Part shown: piece after piece, positions 1 to 7,846 of the stretch
Numbering within the stretch: position 1 is the stretch's first letter
Layout: every line of letters begins with the position of its first letter
Source: Kofleriaceae bacterium
GTDB taxonomy: Bacteria > Myxococcota_A > Polyangia > Haliangiales > Haliangiaceae
DNA: 17,149 bases
Assembly (NCBI GenBank): GCA_046597055.1
Contig: JBKJLC010000053.1
Location: forward strand, 1 to 17,149
Reading direction: 5' to 3'
Translations under genes and position numbers: made by a program
The notes under the pieces: generated by a model
The model's database searches: none
Told to the model about the DNA's origin: nothing
Seen by the model: only the letters and a program-made list of their open reading frames with translations

Positions 1-116
1 AGGTCGTCAGCGTCGTGAAGGAGCACGCCGACGACGTGCCGAAGTGGCTCGGCCAGAGCGGCGTGCTGGACAAGCTGCCGGGTGGGCTCGGCGACAAGGT
101 CGGGAAGCTGTTCTAG
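1..116 (+). CDS. 3' end of a small hypothetical protein (partial)
   Basis: The frame starting at 3 reads VVSVVKEHADDVPKWLGQSGVLDKLPGGLGDKVGKLF with GC-ending codons. It stops at TAG 114-116, 10 bp before the next ATG. Confidence 0.7.
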   Translation, partial: VVSVVKEHADDVPKWLGQSGVLDKLPGGLGDKVGKLF

Positions 117-126
117 ATTCGAGGGC

Positions 127-1734
127 ATGACGACGGCGAGTCTGTGGGCGTGGGGCTTCGCCGAGCGCTTCCCGGACGAGGCGGGGCGGCGTCGGCTGGC
201 CGGGCAGGCCCGCATGTTGACGGGGGGGACCGACGCGGCGCTCCTGCCGCTGCCACGCGACGACGACGCGCGGGTGCCGGCGCCACGGGTGCCGGTGCCG
301 GCCGCGCTGGCGGCGTTCGCCTCGCAGGCGCCGCTCGACCGAGCTGCGCATGCCTATGGCCGCGCGTATCCCGACGTGGTGCGCGGCTTCCATGGCGACT
401 TCGCGGCGGCGCCGGATCTGGTGCTGCGGCCGACGACGGCGGCCGAGGTCGCGGCCGCGCTCGACTGGTGCAGCGGCGCGCGGATCGCGTGCGTGCCGTA
501 CGGCGGCGGTACCAGCGTGGTTGGCGGCGTCGAGTTGGCCATGGCCGACCGCGCGCGCTGGGCCGGCGTCGCCAGCCTCGATCTCGCGCGGCTGTCCGGG
601 GTGTACGAGGTCGACGCGACCTCGCTGGCGGCGCGCATCGGCGCCGGTACCCTGGGCCCCGCGCTCGAGGTGGCGCTGGCCGGGCACGGGCTCACGCTCC
701 GTCACTATCCGCAGTCGTTCGAGCACTCGACGCTCGGCGGCTGGCTGGCCACCCGCGCGGGTGGTCACTTCGCGACTGGCTACACCCACATCGATGACTA
801 CGTGGAGGCGATGACGGTGGTCACGCCGCGCGGCACGGTGACGACCCGGCGACTGCCGGCGTCGGGCGCCGGCCCGTCACCCGACCGGCTGTGGCTCGGC
901 TCCGAGGGGGCGCTCGGCGTCATCACCGACGCCTGGATGCGCGTGCAGCGGCGGCCGCGCTTCCGCGCCTCGGCCTCGGTCAAGTTCGCGCGCTTCGCGC
1001 AGGCGGTCGCTGCCGCGCGCGGGCTCGCCCAGTCGGGGTTGATGCCGTCGAACTGTCGGGTCCTCGATCCGGCCGAGTGCCTGCTCCACCAGGTCTCGCT
1101 CGATGGCTCGTCGGTGCTGCTGATCGGCTTCGAGTCGGCCGATCATCCCAAGGGGCCGTGGCTCGACCGCGCGCTCGAGCTCGCGCGCGATCAGGGCGGG
1201 GCGGTCACCGGCACGCCGCTGGTCACCGACGACGCCGACCAGGGCGCCCGCAGCGGCGAGGCCGGCACCTGGCGCCAGGCGTTCGTCGATGCGCCGTACC
1301 TCCAGTCGGCGCTGGTGTCGATCGGCGTCATGGCCGACACCTTCGAGACCGCGTGCACCTGGGATCGGTTTCCCGCCTTTCATGCCGCGGTGGTCGGCGC
1401 CGCGCAGGACGCGCTGCGCCGCACGGTTGGCGCCGGGCTGGTCTCGTGTCGCTTCACCCACGTCTATCCCGACGGGCCGGCGCCGTACTACACGTTCATC
1501 GGGGCCGCCAAGGTGGGCGACGAGCTGGCGGCCTGGCGCGAGGTCAAGGCCGCGGTGTCCGACGCGATCATCGACGCCGGCGGCACCATCACGCACCACC
1601 ACGCGGTCGGCCGCACCCACCGGCCCTGGTACGACCGCGAGCGACCCGACCTGTTCGCCGCGGCGCTGGTGGCGACCAAGCGCACGCTGGATCCGGCCGG
1701 GGTGCTCAACCCCGGCGTGCTGATCGATGCGTGA
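127..1734 (+). CDS. FAD-binding oxidoreductase, FAD_binding_4/FAD-oxidase_C family (alkyl-dihydroxyacetonephosphate synthase-like)
   Basis: Motifs VPYGGGTSVVGG, HYPQSFEHSTLGGWLATRAGG, GSEGALGVIT, ITHHHAVG and LDPAGVLNPG. The ATG at 127 follows GAGGG and is preferred to the ORF-track start at 82, which overlaps the upstream gene. Confidence 0.92.
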   Translation: MTTASLWAWGFAERFPDEAGRRRLAGQARMLTGGTDAALLPLPRDDDARVPAPRVPVPAALAAFASQAPLDRAAHAYGRAYPDVVRGFHGDFAAAPDLVLRPTTAAEVAAALDWCSGARIACVPYGGGTSVVGGVELAMADRARWAGVASLDLARLSGVYEVDATSLAARIGAGTLGPALEVALAGHGLTLRHYPQSFEHSTLGGWLATRAGGHFATGYTHIDDYVEAMTVVTPRGTVTTRRLPASGAGPSPDRLWLGSEGALGVITDAWMRVQRRPRFRASASVKFARFAQAVAAARGLAQSGLMPSNCRVLDPAECLLHQVSLDGSSVLLIGFESADHPKGPWLDRALELARDQGGAVTGTPLVTDDADQGARSGEAGTWRQAFVDAPYLQSALVSIGVMADTFETACTWDRFPAFHAAVVGAAQDALRRTVGAGLVSCRFTHVYPDGPAPYYTFIGAAKVGDELAAWREVKAAVSDAIIDAGGTITHHHAVGRTHRPWYDRERPDLFAAALVATKRTLDPAGVLNPGVLIDA

Positions 1735-1759
1735 CGGTCAGCGGCGTCGCTGACGGTCA
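1732..1759. terminator. Hairpin between convergent stop codons, possible bidirectional terminator or pause site
   Basis: TGAC-G-GTCAGCG-gcgt-CGCTGAC-G-GTCA spans both stop codons (TGA 1732-1734 and TCA 1757-1759). There is no U-tract. Confidence 0.4.
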
Positions 1760-2686
1760 GCGACCGTCGACGACCACCGGCACCACCTCGCGCGGCGGCG
1801 GCGGGCGGGTCGCGGTGAGCTCGACCTGGCCCGCGGCCACGCCGATCGCGAGCGCGCTGCGCACCAGCGCCAGGCCCTCGCGCAGCGCCAGCAGCGCCAG
1901 CGCGCCCGAGGTGCCGAGCATGGCGTGGTCGTGGGCCAGCCAGGCGAAGCCGAGCGAGAGCGCGAGGAACAGCAGCCAGTAGCCCAGGACGTGCGCGAGC
2001 GCCAGCGGCCGGCGCACGACGTAGCCGGCCGCGCGGGTCGCGGCGCGCATCGCGCCGAGCGACTCGTGGCTCGGCCGGCGCAGCACCAGCTCGGCGCGCG
2101 CGTAGTCGATCGTCGTGGTCACCAGCACGTGCAGCAGCGCGGCCGGCACCAGCGCGACCACCAGCGGCACCACCAGCTCGCCCAGGGTCAGCGCGTGCTC
2201 GATCTTGTCCTGAGCCCACTCGACGCACGTCGAGAGCACCACCACGACCGGCGCGTGCATCAGCAGCGACACCAGCCCGAGCCGCGCGAACACCAGGAAG
2301 TGGCTGGCCCCACCCGCGCCGAAGCAGCGCGCGGTGTCACCCCGGCCCCGCGGACGCTCGGTGAAGACGGCGAGCACGCCGCCGGCGAGGAACCAGCCCA
2401 GCACGATCCAGGCGAAGACCGCGGCGAGCATCACCCAGGTGATGACGCCGATCAGCGCGTCGGCGTCGCGCACGAGCTCGGCGAGGGCGACCAGATCGCC
2501 GTCGACCGCGTCGTCGAACAGCGGCTTGTCGGCGAACGCGCCGGCCAGGAGGCGCATGAGGATGAAGCCGGCGCCCCACGACACCATGACCTGGACCACG
2601 AACAGGCCCAGCACCATGCCGGTGTATTGCGACACGCCGCGGACGCCGGCCCGCACCAGCGCGCCGAGCCCGAGCGCCCCGGTCAC
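1757..2686 (-). CDS. Multi-pass membrane protein of unknown function
   Basis: About 6 hydrophobic segments. The GTG start at 2686 overlaps the peptidase stop (GTGA), which fits better than the ORF-track start at 2746. Confidence 0.8.
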   Translation of the reverse strand: MTGALGLGALVRAGVRGVSQYTGMVLGLFVVQVMVSWGAGFILMRLLAGAFADKPLFDDAVDGDLVALAELVRDADALIGVITWVMLAAVFAWIVLGWFLAGGVLAVFTERPRGRGDTARCFGAGGASHFLVFARLGLVSLLMHAPVVVVLSTCVEWAQDKIEHALTLGELVVPLVVALVPAALLHVLVTTTIDYARAELVLRRPSHESLGAMRAATRAAGYVVRRPLALAHVLGYWLLFLALSLGFAWLAHDHAMLGTSGALALLALREGLALVRSALAIGVAAGQVELTATRPPPPREVVPVVVDGR

Positions 2687-4686
2687 AGGCCCACCGCCTG
2701 CATCGCGGTGTGGGTCCAGAACGTGAGCCGCGCGCTTGCCCGCCACGCAGCGCGGTTGTCGTCGACCAACCGGAGATGGTCGTCAGCCACGCGGTCGCTG
2801 ATCAGGACCAGGCCGTCGGGATCGATCACGACCTCGGCGAGCGGCTTGGACCGCGACACCGTGAGCTCGTGCCAGCGGCTGCCGTCGCGCGCGTCCCAGC
2901 GCTCGCGGGTGCGGGTGCCATCGGCGAAGCGCAGCTCGATGTCGACCGGCACCGCGATCGTCCCGGTGTTGACGATCACGATCTGGCAGGTCCAGGTGCC
3001 GGTGCTCGGCGTCTCGCCGCCGGTCCGGGTGCGCCGACTCTCGCCCTCGCCGAACACGCCGCGGGCCGGGTGCTGCAGGTGACAGTCTGCGCTGCGCACG
3101 GCGAAGTCGGCGGCGCCGGTCTGGTAGAACGCCGGGCGCCAGAACCAGTCGAGGTCCTCGCCGAGGTGCTGCTCGAGGCTGGTGACCAGGTCGTTGCCGG
3201 TCGGGTGCTTGAACGCCCACGCCTGCGCGTACGCCTTCATCGCCTGGCCGAAGCGATCGCGGCCGACCAGGTTCTCGAGGGTGCGCAGCGCGAGCATGGT
3301 CTTGGTGTAGGTCGCGGCCCCGTACGAGCCGGCGTCGGGGAAGACGTAGGCCGCGGTCGCGATCGGGGCCGGCAGGTCGGCCAGCGAGCCGCCGAGCGCG
3401 CGTCGCATGCGGAACTGCTCGGCGGTCCAGCCCATCCAGTCGACCGCGCTGCCCTTCTCGCCGTAGATGCGCGCCATCACGACGCCGTCGGCCCACTCGT
3501 TCACGCCCTCGTCGAGCCAGGCCTCCTCGAACTCGTTGGAGGCGAGGATGCCCTGGAACCAGTTGTGGCCGACCTCGTGGATCGTCACGAACTCGGGGAA
3601 CCGGAGGCCCTCGCGCATGAACGCGTGGTCGGCCGCGGTGGTCACCAGCGTCGGGTACTCCATGCCGGCGGCCCCGCCGGCCTCGGGCGGTGGATCGACC
3701 ACCGTCATGATCGCCCACGGATAGGGGTAGAACAGCTGCGAGAAGTGCTCGACCGCGCCGATCGCCGCCCGCAGGTGGCGGCGGGCGAACCCGCGCTGGC
3801 GCGGCCGGTGGACGACCCGGACCACGACCGGGGGCCCGCCCTCGACCTTGGCCTCGCCGGTCAGGACCTCCATGTACGGATCGATCATCCACACGAAGTC
3901 GTGGACGTCCTCGGCGTGGTAGCGCAGCACGCGGGTGCCGTCGGGCTTGTCCTCGGCGCCGGTGAGCACGCCGGTGGCGGCGACCACGTGGGTGTCGGGC
4001 ACGGTCAACGCGACGTCATACACGCCGAAGTCGGCGAAGAACTCGGTGTGGACGTGGAACGGGCGGCAGTGCCAGGTCTCGAAGCCAGGCGCGCCCACCC
4101 GCACGCCGATCTTGGGGAACCACTGGCCGACCATCGTGAACGCGCCCTGGTAGCCGGTGCGCGCGAACACCTCGGGCAGCTGCACGGTGAACGCGAGGGT
4201 CAGCTCGAGGGTCGCGCCGGGCGCGACCGGCGCGGGCAGCGGCACCTCGAGCACGGTCTCGTCGGGCCCGAGGTAGCGGGCGCCGGGCCGGAGCTCCTGG
4301 GCGCCGAGCCGGATCGACGGCACCTCGATCCAGCCCCACGCGGTGTCGCTGGCGGAGTTGCCGCGGTGGCTGCCGCGCGACGAGGTCATGAACAGCGAGG
4401 TCTCGTTCTTGAAGCCGTTCATGTAGAGATGGAACGGCACCTCGGTGACCGGGCTCTTGCCGTCGTTGCGCCAGGTCAGGACCTCGGTCGCCTCGATCCG
4501 GTGGGTGCGCGCGTCGTAGCTGGCGTCGATGCGATAGCTGGCGATCCGCGACGACCTCGGCTCGGGCGTGCGCAGCGCCGGCATCGGATCGGGGGTGGGC
4601 AGGGGCTGCTTGCGCGGCGGCCCCAGCGACGGCTCGCAGCCCGCGGCGCAGCCCAGGGCACAGAGGAGGGGGAGCCAGCGGAGCAT
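2683..4686 (-). CDS. M1-family zinc metallopeptidase (aminopeptidase N-like), probable exported lipoprotein
   Basis: GMEYP exopeptidase-type motif, HEVGH zinc motif followed by WLDEG, and a conserved TYTKT Tyr region. The N-terminus MLRWLPLLCALGCAAGC resembles a lipoprotein signal. ATG at 4686. Confidence 0.92.
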   Translation of the reverse strand: MLRWLPLLCALGCAAGCEPSLGPPRKQPLPTPDPMPALRTPEPRSSRIASYRIDASYDARTHRIEATEVLTWRNDGKSPVTEVPFHLYMNGFKNETSLFMTSSRGSHRGNSASDTAWGWIEVPSIRLGAQELRPGARYLGPDETVLEVPLPAPVAPGATLELTLAFTVQLPEVFARTGYQGAFTMVGQWFPKIGVRVGAPGFETWHCRPFHVHTEFFADFGVYDVALTVPDTHVVAATGVLTGAEDKPDGTRVLRYHAEDVHDFVWMIDPYMEVLTGEAKVEGGPPVVVRVVHRPRQRGFARRHLRAAIGAVEHFSQLFYPYPWAIMTVVDPPPEAGGAAGMEYPTLVTTAADHAFMREGLRFPEFVTIHEVGHNWFQGILASNEFEEAWLDEGVNEWADGVVMARIYGEKGSAVDWMGWTAEQFRMRRALGGSLADLPAPIATAAYVFPDAGSYGAATYTKTMLALRTLENLVGRDRFGQAMKAYAQAWAFKHPTGNDLVTSLEQHLGEDLDWFWRPAFYQTGAADFAVRSADCHLQHPARGVFGEGESRRTRTGGETPSTGTWTCQIVIVNTGTIAVPVDIELRFADGTRTRERWDARDGSRWHELTVSRSKPLAEVVIDPDGLVLISDRVADDHLRLVDDNRAAWRASARLTFWTHTAMQAVGL

Positions 4687-4952
4687 GGAAGGGTGGCATA
4701 CCGCGTCGCCACCGGGGGCGGCAACCCGGCGCCCGCTCTGGTAGGCCACGACGGCGCCGCGCCGCCGAGCGCGCGCGCGATCGAGGCCGCCATGCTCGCC
4801 CACCTGGAAGCCGCGCATGGCGACCGGGTGTCCGTCGAGCTGGCGCGCAGGCCGGCGGCACGACCCGCCACGGGTTTGCCGCGTCGTGCATGGCGGTCGC
4901 AGCGCGCGTCGCCGCTAGGGTGAGCGTCCGCCTCTTCTCAAGGAGCTTCCCC

Positions 4953-5675
4953 ATGAACTCGCTGCTGTCTCCTCGTCGCTCGTCGTCGTCCCATCCCGTT
5001 CCTGCCGGCGCGCTCGGCACGCTGGCCCTCCTCGCGTGCACCGTCACCGGGTGTGCACTGGACGAGCCCTCCGGGGTCGAGCCCGACGACCTGAGCACCG
5101 TGTCATCCGCGCTCGTGGTTCCGGCCGGGCCGGTGACCCTCAGTCTCCTGTCTCATAGCGGCAGCGGTTGTCCTCTCGGTACCGTGGCGGTGAACCTCAG
5201 CGAGGATCGCGCCGCGCTGACCACCAGGTTCACCGAGCTCGTGGCCGAGGTCGGCCCAGGAATCCCGCTCATGGCCGGGCGGAAGAACTGCGTCGTGTCG
5301 CTGGCCCTCACGGTCCCTGCCGGCTGGCAGTACACCCTCGGGCCCGCCCACCTCCGCGCCTTCGTCGCGCTCGACGCCGGCATGCGCGAGTCGTTCTCGA
5401 CCTCGGCCTTCTTTGCCGGCACCGCGTCGACGCGGGCGTTCCAGCACACGACGAACGGCCCGTACGAGGCAGACCTGGTCGTTTCCGACCGGCTGGCGTT
5501 CGACGGGCTGGCCTGGTCCCCCTGCAACGTGACGCGGGCGCTGACGCTGAACACGTCGGTCCGGGTGTCCAGGGTCGCCGGCGGCGCCGCCTCGGCTCAG
5601 GGGCTCTTCACCATCGACTCCATCGATGGCGAGGTGACCGAGGTCATCGGCCTCCTCTGGCGCCGCTGCCCCTAA
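4953..5675 (+). CDS. DUF4360-family secreted protein
   Basis: GSGCPxGT...RKNC...VPAGWQY...WSPC...C-terminal W-x-x-C pattern typical of DUF4360. AAGGAG RBS before ATG 4953 and a signal/lipobox-like LLACTVTGC. Stop TAA. Confidence 0.82.
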   Translation: MNSLLSPRRSSSSHPVPAGALGTLALLACTVTGCALDEPSGVEPDDLSTVSSALVVPAGPVTLSLLSHSGSGCPLGTVAVNLSEDRAALTTRFTELVAEVGPGIPLMAGRKNCVVSLALTVPAGWQYTLGPAHLRAFVALDAGMRESFSTSAFFAGTASTRAFQHTTNGPYEADLVVSDRLAFDGLAWSPCNVTRALTLNTSVRVSRVAGGAASAQGLFTIDSIDGEVTEVIGLLWRRCP

Positions 5676-5698
5676 CGCTCGACGTTGTGGCGCCGGGA

Positions 5699-5826
5699 GT
5701 CGAAGGCAGGCCGGCGCGGACCAGGTCGCAGAAAGTCTGGCACCACGAAGGCCTACGCTGAAGACCGTGTCGCTCAGCGTCGGTCGATGGCGATCGGTGG
5801 ACACCGGATTCAGGGTGGTGCCTGAC
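5699..5826. repeat. Left copy of ~125-bp imperfect direct repeat flanking the kinase/NUDIX cassette
   Basis: Shares GTCGAAGGC, GGTCGCAGAAA(G)TCTGGCA, GCCTACG, TCGGTCGATGGCGATC (5780-5795) and GACACCGGATTCAGGGTGGTGCCT (5800-5823) with 7847-7969. Confidence 0.92.
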
Positions 5827-5854
5827 GGCGCGCCCCGACGGGGACAGGTCAACC

Positions 5855-6355
5855 TCAGTTCAATGCAGGAGCCGCGGCGAGGACGGGATCCCAGGCCAAT
5901 GCCGTGTGCTCGACGTTTCGCAACGCGCGTGCGGTCAGCGGCATGTCGTCGTCCGGTCGGTGGACGGCGACAACCTCGGCTTCGGGAACGATGCGAAACT
6001 CGCCGGCCGGCAACCGCGCAAGACACTCCATCGGCGACTTGAGGAACCGGAGCGTGAAGACCTGGGCTACGTAGAGCGTTGGCTCGTCGCCCGCAGACCT
6101 CGATGGAATCGGGCCCCAGCGCATGGGCTGGTCGAGAAGCGGCAGGAGGATGAAGTCTTCGCCGCAGCGAAGCGGTGACAGCTCCTCGTTGCACTCGCGT
6201 ACAGCGGCCTGGGCCCAGTTGTTCCGTTCGTGCGGCTCTACGTGACCACCAACCAGGGTCCAATCATTCCACTTCCGGTGCCGCGTCAGCACGAGGTGAG
6301 GCATGGCGCCGATGTTCAGCCTGATGAGGACCAGGGCGAGATCCGAATGCCTCAT
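5855..6355 (-). CDS. NUDIX hydrolase
   Basis: Near-canonical Nudix box WTLVGGHVEPHERNNWAQAAVRECNEEL. Its ATG overlaps the upstream stop (ATGA at 6352-6355). Confidence 0.88.
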   Translation of the reverse strand: MRHSDLALVLIRLNIGAMPHLVLTRHRKWNDWTLVGGHVEPHERNNWAQAAVRECNEELSPLRCGEDFILLPLLDQPMRWGPIPSRSAGDEPTLYVAQVFTLRFLKSPMECLARLPAGEFRIVPEAEVVAVHRPDDDMPLTARALRNVEHTALAWDPVLAAAPALN

Positions 6356-7704
6356 GAGTTCGCATCCTTCTTGGTGCTAGGGAGCAGTCGCACGTTCTCG
6401 ACGAGATGCTTGGACCATGGCTCAAGATCCAGGTCATCCAAGTTCGTCAGGATTTGTTCCTGCGTCTTGAAAACGCTGCGGAACTTCCGCGAGCGAGCCA
6501 TCCTCTTGAATTGTTTGTTCTCAAGGTGCTCCGCGACATCATCGCTTGCAAGTGGCGCCCGGAACATCATCCCCACGTGCTGGGACTCCGCTTGCGACGC
6601 ATCCCAAGCGAGACCCAAGAAGTCGAGCTGAGGTGGACTTGCGAGGTGCAGATCCTGCTGGATGCGCTTCACTAGGCAGCGCTGGGCGAGGTTGAGCAAC
6701 CGCTGGTCGTCGCCCCGCTCGACGTGGCACCCGACCCACAGCTTCCGCCGCCCGTACTCCGCGGTCTTTTTGTCCACCTGATCGCGCTCGAACACGACGA
6801 CGCCTTTGGTGCCGTGTGTGTGGATACCGGCGGCGATGAACTGGACCAGGTCCTTGTTCTGTTCGGCCAGGGACCGTCGTACGAACTGCAGGTTCCCAAG
6901 GAGCTCATCCAGGGCGGTGACGCCTTCTCGTTCGTGAAGATACCGGCGGTCCGCGAACAGAACGCGGAGGGTTTCACGCGGCACCACGGCAATATTGGGA
7001 TCCGCCCACCGCTCGATGCGGGGCAGAAGCTCCTCAAGCAGCTTGACGTTCGTATCAACGGATCCAGTCGCACCGGTGGTGTCGATCGAGATGAGGTCAA
7101 ACTTCGATTGGTACGCGGTCGCCACCGCCCCCAGCGCTTTGTTGAACTGCCCGAGGGCGTCGGGGTTCATCATGCTGCCCGGCCGAGGGACGATCTGGTC
7201 CTTGTGCTCGCGCTTCAGAGCGTCGGAGGGGGCGACACGCATGATCACGGTCGTATCGATCAAGGAGCGCCAGCGATCCAGGAGCACGAAGTCGGCGAAC
7301 GTCTTCTGCTCCGCCTCGGTGACCTGTCCGCGCGTGGCTTGAAGCTCCAGCCAAACCAGCGCGTCGAAGAAACCCCGGTCGAGGATCAAGAGATCGACGT
7401 CCGCCTCGTACGTCTCCAGTACCTCGGCGAGCATCGTGGCGGTCGTCCAGGCGTTGAAGAAGAAGTGCCCCTTCATCGGCAGCGGGCAGTCCGCCGCACG
7501 CTCGCGAAGGAGGTGCACCTGGAAGCCTGCCTGGCTGAAGAACGTCTTCAGCGTCGCGACGGACGTGCTCTTACCCGCCTTTGGCGTGCCGGTTAGCTCG
7601 AGAACAAACGCGCGCCTCGCTTGTGCACGCACGATCCCGATGAGCTCGGTCGCTCGGTCGAGGAGCGCCTTGCCGGTCACGGCTTCTTGGTCGCGGTCGC
7701 TCAT
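6352..7704 (-). CDS. Fusion protein: thymidylate-kinase-like P-loop NMP kinase plus C-terminal degenerate NUDIX (COG4112-like) domain, ~450 aa
   Basis: N-terminal half has the Walker A LELTGTPKAGKST and a TMPK-type LILDRGFFD. C-terminal half has FVRRSLAE..D..QFI, LWVGCHVE, FLGLAWD, HVGMMF and LEPWS, resembling COG4112 MutT-like proteins. The ATG at 7704 is preferred to 7887, which lies inside the repeat. Confidence 0.8.
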   Translation of the reverse strand: MSDRDQEAVTGKALLDRATELIGIVRAQARRAFVLELTGTPKAGKSTSVATLKTFFSQAGFQVHLLRERAADCPLPMKGHFFFNAWTTATMLAEVLETYEADVDLLILDRGFFDALVWLELQATRGQVTEAEQKTFADFVLLDRWRSLIDTTVIMRVAPSDALKREHKDQIVPRPGSMMNPDALGQFNKALGAVATAYQSKFDLISIDTTGATGSVDTNVKLLEELLPRIERWADPNIAVVPRETLRVLFADRRYLHEREGVTALDELLGNLQFVRRSLAEQNKDLVQFIAAGIHTHGTKGVVVFERDQVDKKTAEYGRRKLWVGCHVERGDDQRLLNLAQRCLVKRIQQDLHLASPPQLDFLGLAWDASQAESQHVGMMFRAPLASDDVAEHLENKQFKRMARSRKFRSVFKTQEQILTNLDDLDLEPWSKHLVENVRLLPSTKKDANS

Positions 7705-7846
7705 GCTGTTCGCCGGGGAGGGTGAGGCTACCAAGCTGCACTGACATCGCCGACGGACGCAACAGCTGGTCCTGCACGCGCATTGAGAAATCGTGGAGGC
7801 GCCGAGCGAGGAGGGTGGCCAGGTCGCAGACGACTTAGCAACCCCT

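Noticed and set aside
2710..4923. 737-aa plus-strand ORF, and similar long ORFs 10081-13179(-), 891-1982(+) and 14681-16693(+)
   Set aside because: Antisense or off-frame shadows of motif-bearing genes, with Arg/Gly/Pro-rich low-information translations.
5767..6042. Small ORFs sharing GRWRSxDTGFRVVP (also 7793-8098)
   Set aside because: The shared peptide follows from the DNA repeat. The codons (GGT, CGA, GGA, AGG, CCT) are atypical for this genome and indels break the frame between copies.
6352..7704. Calling the kinase the housekeeping tmk
   Set aside because: Divergent P-loop (GTPKAGKST), extra NUDIX domain and accessory context. The substrate is unknown.
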